Source: Okamejei kenojei
Taxonomy: Eukaryota
DNA length: 64,000 nucleotides
Direction: 5' to 3'
NCBI GenBank assembly: GCA_035221665.1
Contig: CM069135.1
Coordinates: 26,598,001-26,662,000 of the forward strand
Shown here: in pieces, positions 23,746 through 37,599 of the stretch
Position numbering within the stretch: position 1 is the first letter of the stretch
Layout of the letters: every line of letters begins with the position of its first letter
Program-made: the position numbers and the translations under genes
The notes under the pieces: generated by a model
Database searches by the model: none
What the model was told of the DNA's origin: nothing
Seen by the model: only the letters and a program-made list of their open reading frames with translations

Positions 23746-25860
23746 TCACCCTCGAGCCCACAATATCGTGGTTTCCATTTGACCTCGATTTCTTCTTTCA
23801 TCATGGTATTTTGCTGGTGTTTGCTGAAAGATGTATAATAGTGGTGACTGTGGACAGCTCAACAAATATGAGAACCAAGTCAATTATCAGCTTTGAGGTT
23901 GAACCAGACTGTAGTTATCAGAAATCTATGGAAACCCACAATTGCAAAACCGCAGAATCAGAAACTTGAAGATAATTAGTGGGTTTTTTAAACAACGGAT
24001 TTACAACCGCTTTCAGGGTGGAGGAAATGGTTTTAATAGCAGGAAACAGAGATTTGAAGAAAATATCTCCTATTCGTAGTGAAAAGAAACTTGGAACAGC
24101 TTCCAATTAAAGATATCAATGCAGTAACAAGATTTTCTCCATCCAGTATATTCACCCACAAGAAAAACATCTAACATTTTACTCAACTTTAAAACAATGT
24201 ACAAATGTTCATACAAAATTATTTTTAGTCTTTACCCCAACACATTCACAAGTGTTAGCTTTTCTGCAAATTTGGAAAGGTCAACTATCAGCAAAAAAGC
24301 ATAATCTATTATCCTATAGATAGCATTATTACTCAATCCTATCATACATATTGCAGGATCACACAAACATCCTTGAAGAAATGTCCCTGTGGGAAACATA
24401 CAGTTCCTACTGAAATAATGAATTAAACAGTTGGGAAGCACCATCTTTCATGGCTGTCTCTTTACTATGCATCACAGCTGCATATACAATAAATAACAAT
24501 AGCTATCCATATTCACAAGCTTAGCTAACCCATGGAAAATTGCCAATATAAACAACCATGCACAGGATGTGCAGACATTCTGTTGGAAATGTTCATTACA
24601 CAAAAAAAGTGGTCTAGTATAAATAGTAAATATAATGACAGACATCCGACCCCTCAAGCCTTTTCTATCATTCAATCAGATAACGGGAAAGCTCCGTCAT
24701 GACTCCCTGGTCTTCCAGAAGATAATGTCCTTTGCTAAGAAAAATTCTCAGTTTTGACTCTCGCCGTACATTGCTTGCACGCTCCCCACCCTGACCCAAG
24801 CCTCAATAGTTTCATGGGGAAAAAGTATCCCAGGTTTCCAGTGTGAAGTGATTCCAAATATCAGCCTAATTTTAAGGCAATTGCCCCTCATTCTGGGATT
24901 CCACACCTGAAGGAACAGTTTTTCCATCTCCTCCACCTCTCCTCTTTTAAACATCATTCACACCTCAGCTGGAGTCCAGTGGAAACACCCCTCAAACAAG
25001 GGAGGGACATTAACCCAGGAGGGCAGATGAGTGCCAGTGTTGTGATGTGGAAAGGAAACCAGAAGTGCCAGCACTACTAGATATAATACCAGCAATATTG
25101 AATTTATAGGCACTAAGATTTTTTTGTTTTGTATATATTTTTATTCTGAATAAAATGTATCTTTGAAATATTGATATAACACCTCAGTTGGATTCATCCT
25201 TAATCATCTGCTTCCAGACCCAGCCAGCGTCTCATTACCCTTATATATTAGACAGCAAACAAGATTTATTTAAATAATTCACATCCATTCACCCCTTCTT
25301 CCTCCTTCACATCTCCTTCTATCTATGTTCCTTCCTCCGGCTCCACGTCACACCTCTTCGATCCTTATCTCACACTTAACGACTGCTCATCTCTGTCCAA
25401 CATATCTGCCTATTAAAATCTCCCCACCCCACCCATATCCACCTGTTACTTGTCAGGCTTTGTCCCTGCCCCACCTCTCTTCTCGATTTCTCCCTTCTCC
25501 AGCACAATCAGACTGAAGGTCCCAACCCGAAACGTACTCTAGAGATGCCACCTGACCAGCCGAGTTACATCAGCACTTTGTATATTTTTTAAGGTTTAAA
25601 TAATGTTCAGCAAACTTCACTAATAGGAACAGGAACATTTCTACTTCACCATTTAACAGCATAATTTATAAGTAAAGAAAAAGCATAAGCTAGAAAGATT
25701 GAATACAACTACAGACTCTTCACCCAATAACCCTGCACTAGCTCTTCAGAAGAGTTACAAAATAGTTATCATTTTCCCTGCTGATGCTTTCCCTTTCCAA
25801 ATATTTACTCAGAGAAATCAACGGATACGTTTCAGATTAGGAAATGGTAATTATGCTTAC

Positions 25861-26102
25861 TGGTGGAGGTTTTGAACAGATTCTTCGTTGTCAGATGTAA
25901 CAGCATAGGATGAGCCCTCCAGGGTAATGAAAAATAAACTCCTTTCTCCACTGCTAAAGCCCACGCGAGCTGGCAGCTCCAAGTCAATGTTATTAAGCGT
26001 TTTGTGTTGCGTGCTGTAAAACTGCAAACCACCTTCAGGGTACAGAAGAACAGCGTAGGAACTGGATTCATCAGAAGCCAAAACCACTTGGAAGGTGTTT
26101 CT
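25861..26102 (-). CDS. NID1: Nidogen-1 exon 3 (NIDO domain)
   Basis: RNTFQVVLASDESSSYAVLLYPEGGLQF...SVQNLH. Poly-T tract plus TAG acceptor; donor GTAAGC; 242 bp, phase 0/2. Confidence 0.96.
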
Positions 26103-26199
26103 CTAACATAAAAAAAAAACCCTCATTAAAAAAAAAAATCAATACACAAACAGGAATCTACAACAAAAATCATTGGCGACTCGCTGACCCGAATAGGAT

Positions 26200-26520
26200 G
26201 GAATCATATACAAGTCCCACTTCAAAGATTGAATGTACTAATTCATGCTGCTGCAGAACAAAGGGATTGTCACCCCATCAAAGATGCCATCTTTCAAATG
26301 GGATCTTACGCCAAAGCTTACCTGCTCCCTGTGGAACCATTCCAGAGGGTAGCACGGTTAAGCCCAGTGTCATGGGCCAATATGTATCCATTAAGCTACA
26401 ACCAAATAGATTTACCTGGTCACTTAGCGCATGGGCAACCTATGATTGCTGTCCGCAAATTTCAATACGACTTCATTGGCTGTTTAATGGGACATCCTGA
26501 CATTAAAAGATTTTCACAAC
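26200..26520 (+). mobile_element. Ancient Deu-domain (SacSINE1-like) SINE remnant
   Basis: caagtcccacttca...gatgccatctttcaaatg...gtgtcatgggccaatatgtatcc...aaatagatttacctggtca resembles the head plus Deu core. Confidence 0.5.
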
Positions 26521-26594
26521 CAAACCTTTTCAGTTTATCCTTTTGTAAAGTGCCCTAACACATTTACACACACGTACACATTGTTGTTTACTTT

Positions 26595-26878
26595 TGTTTA
26601 ATCTCGAGATACAGCACAAAAAGGGGTCCTTCGGGCCGACCGAGTCCACGCCAATTATCGATCACCCGTTCACACTAGTTCCATGTTATCCACTCCCGAC
26701 ACACTAGAGGCAATTTACTGAGGTCAATTAACCTACACATCTTTTTGATGTGGGAGGAAACCGGAACAGCCGGAGGAAACCAAATGTGGTCACAGGGAAA
26801 TTCCACACAGACAGCGCCCAAGGACAGGATCAAACCCAGGTCTCTGGCGCTGTGAGCAGCAGTGCTACCACTGCACCT
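26595..26878 (-). mobile_element. HE1-type tRNA SINE
   Basis: ccgagtccacgcc...ggatcaaacccaggtctctggcgctgtgagcagcagtgctaccactgcacc. Confidence 0.75.
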
Positions 26879-27531
26879 TTACATTTATTAGGTTGTTCTG
26901 TGTAAAAAAAGCATAAACAAGTTGTAAATAAGTCATCTTACGTGGAAAAAAAGTATAAACAAGTTGGAAATAAGATATCTACAGAATCTTTGTGGGATTC
27001 GGTTCAGAAATGATCTGAAAGCAATTGTAACTCATGGCAGTATTCTGCGTAAAAGCAAATGGCTAGAGGTGACGCGAGGGTTACGAATTTAAAGTTCACA
27101 GCTGTCCATGGATTTTGGTTCTCCAGATTCTTTCCTAAGGGTGTAATTTAAGGCAGAGAAGTTTTCTTTTTGAGGGGGGCTGTGCAGGAAGTGAGCGGAT
27201 GGTGGCAGAGAAAATGAGTAGGAAGAACATTTTGTGCAAATGTAGAACAGCTTGCACATACAGTATAAGCTGCAATACTCTGTGAAGCATTATTCTCAAA
27301 TCCCTCAATAAAAACATCTGGACTGTTGCCATGGAGAGGCCCGTATGAATTATCTAAAAGGACATTTTTAAAACCAGGCAATATATTTTACATGGAGACA
27401 CAAGGAATTGCAGATACTAGAATCTTGAGCAAAACAAAGAGTGCTGGAGGAACTCAGCAGGTTTGGCAGCATGTGTGGAGGAAATGAACAGGCAACATTT
27501 GGGTCGGGACCCTTCCTCAGCCTCTGAATCT

Positions 27532-27975
27532 GAAACATAGAAAATAGATGCAGGGGTAGGCCATTCGGCCCTTCAAGCCTGCACTGCCATTCAATATGAT
27601 CATGGCTGATCATTCAACTCAGTATCCTGTACCTGCCTTCTCTCCATACCCCCTGATCCCTTTAGCCTCAAGGGCCACATCTAACTCCCTCTTAAATATA
27701 GCCGACAAACTGGCCTCAACTACCTTCTGTGGCAGAGAATTCCACAGGTTCACTACTCTCTGTATGAAAAATGATTTTCTCATCTCGTTCCTAAAAGACT
27801 ACCCCCTTATCCTTAAACTCTGATCCCTTGTTCTGGAGTTCCCCAACATCAGGAACAATCTTCTCTATAAGATCCCCCCTCAATCTTCTAAATTCCAGCG
27901 AGTACAAGCCGAGTCTATCCAGTCTTTCTTCATATGGAAGTCCTGCCATCCCAGGAATCAGTCTGGTGAACCCTC
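27532..27975 (-). mobile_element. CR1 3' fragment with internal deletion, lying within an inverted Penelope pLTR pair (about 27400-28115)
   Basis: aaacatagaaaatag tail; [39 protein letters not shown]; flanking arms are mutually complementary. Confidence 0.85.
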
Positions 27976-28479
27976 TCTGTAGTGGACGGTGGAAGAAACG
28001 TCCCAACTTGAGATGTTGTATAAATAAGTGTCCCAGCCCAAAACGTTATCCATCCATCTCCCTCCACGGATGTTGTCTGACCTGCTGAGTTCCACAAGCA
28101 GTTTGTGTTTTGCTCAATATATTTTACCTAGCGCTTTTCAATGTGGTGACGCATCTCAAGGCATCTCACAGGATCACATTAAGTAACAGTGGGGTAGATG
28201 GCAAAAGAACAGACCAGAGGGGACAAATGGCGAGTGAGGCCAAAAGGTGTTTATTTTTCTAGGATCTGACAGCCAGCATCTGTTGCCCATCCCAGATTGT
28301 CCTCAAGAAGATAATGAATGAGCTACCTTCCTGAACCATAGCAGACCTTCTGTTCAAGGTACGTCAGAATGGTGCAAGACCTGGTGGTGGTCCCATGTGC
28401 CCCCTACCATTGTCTCTCAGGGGTGGATGCCACAGTTTGAGGAGATGGTCCATCATCCCAGTCCATCCCTGCCCAGTCC

Positions 28480-28920
28480 ATCATCGGCTCTGACCTCCCT
28501 ACCATCGAGGGGATCTATCACAATCGCTGCCTCAAAAAGGCTGGCAGCATCATCAAGGACCCACATCATCCTGGCCACACACTCATCTCCCCGCTACCTT
28601 CAGGTAGAAGGTACAGGAGCCTGAAGACTGCAACGGCCAGATTCTGAAACAGCTTCTTCCCCACAGCCATCAGCTATTGAACTCAACTCAAACAAAACTC
28701 TGAACATTAATAGCCCATTATCTGTTTATTTGCACTTTATCTGTTTTATTTATTCATGTGTGTATATATTTATACAATGGTATATGGACACACTGATCTG
28801 TTCTGTATTCATGCCTTCTATATTCTGTTGTGTATTCATGCCTTCTATATTCTGTTGTGCAAAGCAAGAATTTCATTGTCCTATCTGGGACACATGACAA
28901 TAAACACTCTTGAATCTTGA
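28480..28920 (+). mobile_element. Rex1/Babar-like LINE 3' fragment
   Basis: Encodes ...IIKDPHHPGHTLISPLPSGRRYRSLKTATARF*NSFFPTAI; AATAAA and (tcttga)n tail; internal ~27-bp tandem duplication at 28804-28858. Confidence 0.75.
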
Positions 28921-30251
28921 TGGTTAAAGAGTGGGCTGAGCACTGTTGATGGTATATCCTCTGAGTTGGGAGTAACAGACTGCCATCAAGCAATGGTCAA
29001 TGGTGCTTTTACTGTCACATGTGTGAAGTGCTAACACAGTGAAATTCTTTGTTACTTGCAAACAGTCCAGTAGAATATTTCAATATCCCCAATTCTCAAT
29101 TAGCAAGTGTAAAAAAATAGTCTAGTGAGCCCACATGAAAGAGGCATGTTTCAAAGTCCACGCTCTAGTTCTTATGAGCTGTGCTGTTCCAGGCAAGTCC
29201 CAGTCTCCAGTTGTGGGCCTCCAGCCATCTCCTTCCTTGGATGCCACATCCCTCTCCTTGCCCGTACACCTTTCTTCCCTGGGGGAGCCTCCCATAACCT
29301 AACACCAGGGCCTGGTAGGCCAGACCCCGGTTCCCACTCCTCTCCGACTGATCATCATCATCACCATCACCGGTTCCATCCTCCCGGTCTCTGGTCTTCA
29401 GGGGATGAGCAGGGGCCAGCTCAGCAGACTTCCCCTTCCAGGCTGCCAGTCTGCCAAGCAAAACGATCAGGGGACCAACTCGGTGGGCTCCCCCTGAATC
29501 AGCGATCAGCCAGGTCTTTATTTGGCCACAGGGAGAACGGCTCGCCTGCAATCAGCTGGCCCGGGTCTTGAGTTTGGCCTCCTGATCCTTCAGCTGCGCA
29601 TGGCCAGAATAACTTCCTCTGAATTGTGTCAAGCTTCCTGACAGAAACCTGCAGGAGGTAGTGCACACTCCAGCTATTCCATGACAATGGAATGAATAGA
29701 AATTTGAGATGGCCTCAATCACCTGGTACATTTTCTCCTGTATGGTGTTGAGTTTCAATTGTAGTTGGAGCTGCATTCACCAGGTAAGCGGAGCGTGTTC
29801 CATTACACTCATGACTTGTTTTTTGGAGATAATGGAAAGCCTTGGGATGTTGGGAAATTAGCCTGGGACAAAGCAGGAGAACCAGCTTCTGATCTACTGT
29901 TGTAGGCACAGTATTTGTTCAGAGTTTTTCTTGGAGATAGTCACTGTCTGACACTTTTGTGGTGGAACTCTTACTTGACACTTACCAGCTCAACCTGAAA
30001 GTTGTCTAGATATTGCTGCATTCAGGAATGCTCTGCTTCATTTGCTGAGGAGATGCAAATGGCATCGAGCATCCGAATCATCGCAATAATTCCCACATCT
30101 TCCCTCATGAAGGATGGAGAGGTCACTGATGAAGGACTGCAGGTGTGTTCTTGGTCTTGGGATGATTGTTCTCTCTCATTCATAACCATCTTCCTTTGAG
30201 CAATGTAAGACTCCAATGGCTCAATTATTCTTCTTGACTCCCAATGGCTTT

Positions 30252-31217
30252 AGAAACTTAGAAAATAGGTGCAGGAGGAGGCCATTCGGCCCTTCGAGCC
30301 AGCACCTCTATTCATTGTGATCATGACTGATTGTCCCCTATCAATAACCCGTGCCTGCCTTCTCCCCATATCCCTTGACTCCACTAGCCCCTAGAGCTCT
30401 ATCTAACTCTCGCTTAAATCCATCCAGTGACTTGGCCTCCACTGCCCTCTGTGGAAGGGAATTCCATAAATTCACAACTCTCTGGGTGAAAATGTTTTTT
30501 CTCACCTCAGCCTTAAATGACCTCCCCTTTATTCTAAGACTGTGGCCCCTGGTTCTGGACTCGCCCAACATTGGGAACATTTTTCCTGCATCTAGCTTGT
30601 CCAGTCCTTTTATAATTTTATGTTTCTATAAGATCAGCCCCTCATCCTTCTAAACTCCAGTGAATACAAGCCTAGTCTTTTCAATCTTTCCTCATATGAC
30701 AGTCCCGCCATCCCAGAGATCAATCTCGTGAACCTACGCTGCACTGCCTCAATCACAAAGATGTCCTTCCACAAATTAGGAGACCAAAACTGTACACAAT
30801 ACTCCAGCTGTGCTCCCACCAGAGCCCTATACAACTGCAGAAGAATCTCTTTACTCCTATACTGAAATCCTCCTGTTATGAAGGCCAACATTCCATTAGC
30901 TTTCTTCACTGCCTGCTGTACCTGCACGCCAACTTTCAGTGACTGGTGTACAAGGACACCCAGGTCTTGCTGCACCTCCCCCTTACCTAACCCCATTGAG
31001 ATAATAATCTGCCCCCTTGTTTTTGCCACCAAAGTGAATAACCTCACATTTATCTATATTATACTGCATCTGCCACACACTGAACCTGTTCAGGTTACCC
31101 TGCAACCTCCTAACATCCTCTTCACAGTTCACACTGCCACCCAGCTTTGTGTCATCCGCAAACTTGCTAGTGTTGCTCCTAATTCCCTCTTCCAAACATT
31201 TAATATATATGGTAAAC
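30252..31217 (-). mobile_element. CR1 LINE 3' fragment (about 1 kb), inserted in an older LINE remnant
   Basis: FADDTKLGG, LEYCVQFWSP, LGESRTRGHSL; tagaaacttagaaaat tail. Confidence 0.92.
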
Positions 31218-32284
31218 AGTATCCTGGCTTTACCAGGATACATGATGCCAATCTCGGACAAATGCTGCCTTGATTGCAAGGGGCAACCATTCTCACTTCA
31301 CCAGTGGAACTCCAACCCATGATCCATCTTTGGATCAAATCTGTGAAGGGGTCTGGAGCTAAATAACAGTGGCAAAATCCAAGGTAGACGCTGGCAAAAT
31401 CCAAGCTGAGTAACGATGTGCAAAATGCTGGTGAGTAACATTTGCTTGAAAGCATCTTTGAAGGCAGATTCATTTAATTTGATAATGATTGGAATTGGAC
31501 AAATTTGATTTTTCCTGCTCTTCGTAAGTGGGACATTTTACCAAGGCAACAACTGTCTAGAAGAATGGTCCCAACCTAAAACATCACCTATAGATGTTCT
31601 TCAGAGATGCTGTCTGATCCACTGAGTTACTCCAGCACTGTGTATTTTTAGGCAATTATCCATTGTTGGGTAGATATCTGTGTTATAACTCTAGTGGAAC
31701 AGCTTGGCCAGAAGTGAAACTAGCTCTGGAGCTCAGGACGGCAGTACGACAGTTGGGATGCTGCCTGGTCATTTGTTGCATCCAGTGCTCTCAGTATTTC
31801 CAAACATTACTTGGGGCAAATCAAATTGCCTGAAGACTCATGGTTGTGATGGGCGTGATCCCAATAGGAAGCTCAAGTTAATTACAGGAGTTGAAGGCAA
31901 AACCAACGCAAGGCAACATCATTGGGAGGGGGGTTTAGACAAAGGAAAGACAAGAGCCTAGAATTGAGGAAGTGCAGAGTTTTGAGAGGATTCACAGGAT
32001 GGAGTCCGTTGCAGAAACAGAGCATGCCTACGTAAAAGGATTTAAAGACCAAATCAACGTAGGTCAGCAGGAAATTGACAGCAGGCAAAATTCCCAAGCA
32101 TTATAAAACACATTCAAACACTTAACAGTGGAAAGTAAGCAGAAACTGGTTCCAACTACAGACAGCTGGGATCTCCCTGGTCTGAAACCATATGAAAAAG
32201 ATTTAGAGCACACAATTCAAACCGCAACAGATGGTACCAATACAGAAGGGGGGGGCTGAATTGCAATCCTAAATTTCAGAGGCC

Positions 32285-32530
32285 AGGTTAAACCAAGGCC
32301 AGCCTGCCCCTTTACAAGGAGTAAAACTACTCTCCTCAGTGCCCTGATCAACATACTGTATGCAGGTTTCTGCTAGTATCACTAAAATAGATTACCAGCC
32401 ATAATCACATTGCTGTTTCTGCAATCTTACTGTGTTAAACAATGGCCACTGTGTTTCCTATATTACACTGCAGAAGGTTTTATTGCTGTAGATAACTTTG
32501 TGACATCAAATGAACTATATCCTTTTGCAT
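32285..32530 (+). mobile_element. Ancient Deu-domain SINE remnant
   Basis: gttaaaccaaggcc...atcactaaaatagattacc...atcacattgctgttt...atcttactgtg...aatggccactgtgtttccta resembles the Deu core. Confidence 0.55.
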
Positions 32531-32628
32531 CCTTTTGTGCCTTTCAGAGAGCAATACCAGTCAAACAAGGATTGCAAGGGTTGGAAGGAACTACAGATGC
32601 TGGTTTATACCAAATATAGACACAAAAT

Positions 32629-32934
32629 GCCTGTCCCACTGTACACGGTAATTCAAGAGTTCTCCCGAGTTTCCCCTGATTCGAACTCGGAGAATTATGG
32701 TAAGAGCCGATCGTAGGTACTCGGGGCTCTCGTGGACATTTTTCACGGTGCTGAAAAAAACGTCACTAGTTACAGCGTTTCCCCAGAGTACCTGCCGTTA
32801 GCATTACGAGCCGCTACGAGACATCCACAAGCTCCGACCTAGCCGCTAATTACATTCTACGTACCTGCCATGAGTTTGATTTTTTAAAAACTCGGGAGAG
32901 CTCTTGAATTACCTCGTACAGTGGGACAGGCCGT
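32629..32934. mobile_element. PIF/Harbinger-like MITE
   Basis: About 44-bp imperfect TIRs gcctgtcccactgtacacggtaattcaagagttctcccgagttt / aaactcgggagagctcttgaattacctcgtacagtgggacaggc; TAA on the right; inserted in a Penelope pLTR. Confidence 0.8.
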
Positions 32935-33513
32935 TAACTCAGTGGGACAAGCAACATCTCTCAGAGGAGGAATGGGAGACGTTTCAGGTTGAGACCCTTC
33001 TTCAGACAGTCAGGGGAGAGGGAAACTAGAGACATAGAAGGATACAAAGAGAACGTAAGTGTGAAGTGTGAGCGTAAGGTGCGAAAAGGACAGATCAAAG
33101 CAGAAAATGTTCAAGAAAAAGTACCAGGGTAGTGTGGTTCATAGCCTGGATATTCGATACAAAATACATTTCTTTTAATCCAGAGCCAGCCTAAGTATTC
33201 AGCTAGAGTGAACCAACATTTACCTCTTCCCTGCACCTTGACATCACCAAATCTGAATGTTTTCTCATGAAAATAAAGTGGCCCACTTAAGCAGACAAGT
33301 GAAGGACAAGTGCGTCTTCTCCAGCACTGGTGGGTTCGTCTCACTCAAAACCTGCATCTTCAGGTCATTACCCGTCATCTTGTTCCTCCTTTTGAAGGAG
33401 TGGACTTTGCACAGCTCTCTCATTGGCAACTCTGGCATTATACCACCTGATGCATGCTTCGCCAAAGTCCAAGCATTGGGCAAGTGGACTCAATAAATCC
33501 TGACAGTGACTTT

Positions 33514-35828
33514 ACATAGAAAATAGGTGCAAGAGCAGGCCATTCGGTCGTTTGAGCCAGCACCGCCATTCAATATGATCATGGCTGATCATCCACAATC
33601 GGTACCATGTTCCTGCCTTCTCCCCATATCCCTTGATTCCACTAGCCTTAAGAGCTCGATCTAGCTCACTTTTGAATGCATTCAGTGAATCGGCCTTCAC
33701 AGCCTTCCGAGGCAGAGAATTCCACAAATTCACAACTCTCTGGGTGAAAAAGTCTTTCCTCATCTCAGTTCTAAATGGCCTACCCCTTATTCTTAAACTG
33801 TGGCCCCTGGTTCTGGACTCACCCAACATCGAGAACATGTTTCCTGCATCTAGCATGTTCAATCCCTTAATAATTTTATATATTTCTATTAGATCACCTC
33901 TCATCCTTCTAAATTCCAGTGAATACAAGCCCAGTCATTCCATTCTTTCATCATAAGACAGTCCCGCCATCCCGGGAATTAACCTTGTGAACCTACCCTG
34001 CACTCCCTCAATAGCAAGAATGTCCTTCTTCAAATTAGGAGACCAAAACTGCACACAATACTCCAGATGTAGTCTCACCAGAGCCCTATACAACTGCAGA
34101 AGGACCTCTTTGCTCATATACTCAAATCCTCTTGTTATGAAGGTCAACATGCCATTAGCTTTCTTCGCTGCCTGCTGCACCCGCATGCTTACTTTCAGTG
34201 ACTGATGTACAAGGACACCCAGGTCTCATAGCATTTCCCCATTTCCTTAACTGACACGATTCAGATAATAATCTGCCTTCTTGTTCTTGCCACCAAAGTG
34301 GATAACTTCACATTTATCCACATTATACTGCATCTGCCATGTATCTGCCCACTCACCCAACCTATCCTAGTCACCCTGCATCCTCATCCCAGTTCACACT
34401 GCCACCCAGCTTTGTATCATCTGCAAATTTGCTAATGTTACTTTTAATTTGTTCATTTAAATCATTAATATATTGTAAATAGCTGCGGTCCCAGCACCGA
34501 GCCTTGCGGTACCCCACTAGTCACTGCCTGTCATTCTGAAAGGGACCCATTAATTCCTATTCTTTGTTTCCTGCCTGCCAACCAATTTTCTATCCGTCAA
34601 TACCCTAACCTCAATACCATGTGCTCTAATTTTGCCAACTAATCTCCTGTGTGGGAACTTATCAAAGGCTCTCTGAAAGTCCAGATACACTACATCCACT
34701 GGCTCTCCCATATCCATTTTACTTGTTACATCCTCAAAAAATTCCAGAAGATTAGTCAAGCATGATTTCTCTTTCGTAAATCCATGCTGACTTGGATTGA
34801 TCCTGTTACTGCTATCTAAATGCATGGCTATTACATCTTTAATAATTGACTCCAGCATCTTCCCCACCACCGATGTCAGGCTAACTGGTCTATAACTGTT
34901 TTCTCTCTCCCTCCTTTATTTAAAAAGTGGGATAACATCAGCTACCCTCCAATCCACAGGAACTGATCCAGAATCTATAGAACATTGGAAAATTATCACC
35001 AATGCGTTCAGGATTTCCAGAGCCACCTCCTCGTGTGCCTTGGGATGCAACCATCAGGCCCTGGGGATTTATCAGCCTTCAGTCCCATCAGTCTACCCAA
35101 CACCATTTCCTGACTAATGTGAATTTTCTTCAGTTCCTCCGTCACCCTAGATCCTCTGTCCCCTAGTACATCTGGGAGATTGTATGGCTCCCTGAGTGAA
35201 GACAACCAAAGTATCCGTCTTGTCTGCCATTTCCTTGTTCCACATAATAAATTCACCTGTTTTTGCCTTCAAGGGATCCACATTTGTCTTAACTAATCTT
35301 TTCCTTTTCACATACTTAAAGAAGCTTTTACTATCCTCCTTTATATTGTTGGCGAGCTTACCTTCGTACTTCAGCTTTTCTCCCTGTATAGCCTTTTTAG
35401 TTACCTTCTGTTGTTCTTTAAGTTTCCCAATCCTCTGTCTTCCCACACATCTTTGCTATGTTATACGTCTTCTCGTTTAGCTTTATACTGTCCTTGACTT
35501 CCCTTGTCAGCCACGGTCGCCTCTTACCCTCTTTAGAATCTTTCCTCCTCTTTGGAATGAAATGATCCTGCATCTTCTGGATTATTCCCAGAAATTCCAG
35601 CCAATGCTGTTCCACTGTCATCCCTGCTAGGGTCCCTTTCCAGTCAACTTTGGCCAGCTCTTCCATCACGCCTCCATAGTCCCCTGTGTTCAACTGCAAT
35701 ACTGACACCTCTGATTTTGCATTCTCCCCCTCAAATTGCAGATTAAAACTTATGATATTATTATGGTCACTACCTCCTAATGGTTCCTTTACCTTGAGTT
35801 CCGTTATCAAATCCGGTTCATTACACCA
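33514..35828 (-). mobile_element. 5'-truncated CR1 LINE (2.3 kb)
   Basis: GGSDHN, KSPGPDG, SQHGFTK.KSCLTNLLEFF, YLDFQRAFD, LEYCVQFWSP; 3' UTR and tail. Confidence 0.95.
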
Positions 35829-36253
35829 GGTAAAAAGGAATGCTGGTTTAAACTGTAGACACAAAATGCTGGAGTAAATTAGCGGGACATGCAGCATCTC
35901 TGAATAGAAGGAATGGGTGACATTTTGGGTCGAGACTCTCCTTCAGACATCGGGAATGCAAGTCCATACTTTTACTGTCCCTCCCTAGCCTTGGGCATCC
36001 ACTGTAATAATTAACAGCAGAAGTTAGCCAGGATGATAAACTTATAGATTAAAGGTGGAACTGCGTGAAACAATGCATTTGGTATCCATCCTATCAAAGA
36101 TGATGGTCTTCCAATCACTGACATTAGAATAAATATAATTTCTAAACTGAATAAACCAAGCGGGTTATTAATATAAATTTCAGCGTTTTCAACAAGAAAA
36201 TGACTTAAAAGTGAAGTAGTCTTCCATATCTTAAATCTCCAGTGGATACCCAC

Positions 36254-36568
36254 CTTATTCCCAGCGTAAATATTCAGTGGGAGGTCTCCTCGCCGCGGTT
36301 CCACATGGGCACTCACGTTTTCCCAGGTGGCAATGAAAATATTAACAGGTTGGAAGTTTAGGTTGCTGAAGCCTTGGTTTATCATCCATTCCACGCGTTG
36401 GAGGATTTGTGGAGAGGAGTCTTGCCTGTAGTAGACCTTCCCCACTCCATCAGAAGTGTCCAGGTCAGCCAGAAATGGCGCAATGGCTCCAAACCTTGGT
36501 GGGAACGTGCTGACATAATCCACCTCTTTTGGGGGCTTGCTGGTAGCTATGATTCCATTTGTGTTCAC
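36254..36568 (-). CDS. NID1: Nidogen-1 exon 2 (G1/NIDO)
   Basis: VNTNGIIATSKPP...FGAIAPFLADLDTSDGVGKVYYRQD...TWENV...GNK. AG acceptor at 36570-36569; donor GTGGGT at 36253; 315 bp, phase 0/0. Confidence 0.96.
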
Positions 36569-37599
36569 CTTGAGTTATAAGATAAAAGCATCAGATAAAA
36601 AAAGATTAAAAAGTAATTGTAACGTGAGCACGCACCTTCACTGCCAATCCTCCAAGCAACAGTGCTGGTAAGAATTCAGATAGTGTATTAATAGAACAGT
36701 ACAGCACAGTAACAGACCTTTTAGCTCACATTGTCTGTGATGAACAGGATGCCAAATTAAACTACCGTAGTCACTTATGTCTCCATGTGATCCACACCAT
36801 GCCATATTTATGTGTCGATCTAAACGCCTCTTATGCCACAACATATATGCTTCTGCAGATCAATGTCAAATTCCAGTCCAAGCTTAGAGCTATGCCCTTG
36901 GACTTTCCACCCTGGAAAAGGGGGTTTAGGAGTCTACCTTATCTACGACTCTCATAACTTAAAATAAACTTTTATCAGCTGTCCCCACAACCATTTAGCT
37001 TATCGAGAACTGCACCATAATTTAACAAGATCTCGGCTGATCTTAACCCCATTGACCCTGGCATTTCCATCGCCACCCTGACCCATCACAAACCCATCAG
37101 TCACTGTTCTCGACAGTTTCAATCGACCCCCTGCAGTCTGAACTTCTGCAAGATGAAGAGTTTCAGATTTCCCCCCCTCCGGAGGGTAAAATGCTCCCTC
37201 ATTTCAATGAGGTGGCTCTAGTTTTAAGATTTACAAACTTGTCCCCGCGCAAAAAGAAATTCGGATTAGAAGACGTAACAAATAGACCACCAGGATGAAT
37301 CGAAAGTCAAGAAACAGGCGGTATTAATCAAAATATCGTGACTAGGTGAAAAAAAACTGGTTAATATTGTGACAGAAAATCAAATCGATTTGGATTTTTT
37401 CCCCTCCACTGGAATAGGTTATTGTGGGAATATGTGGCATGGGATAGGCAGCAAAATTTACCCGAACAATTTTAATGATGCAAAACAACAAAAATCGCGC
37501 ATAACTTTGTTTAGCCTTCGAAAAGCTCGCTCAAAACTTAACGGCTGAGAATGAAACGAAGTAAATTGAAATTGCAATGTTTCGCTGTGTGGAAAGCCG

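Noticed and set aside
26198-27381. Intronic ORFs of 77-109 aa
   Set aside because: One set overlaps a SINE remnant; the other resembles nothing I recognise and is not needed for NID1 exon phase.
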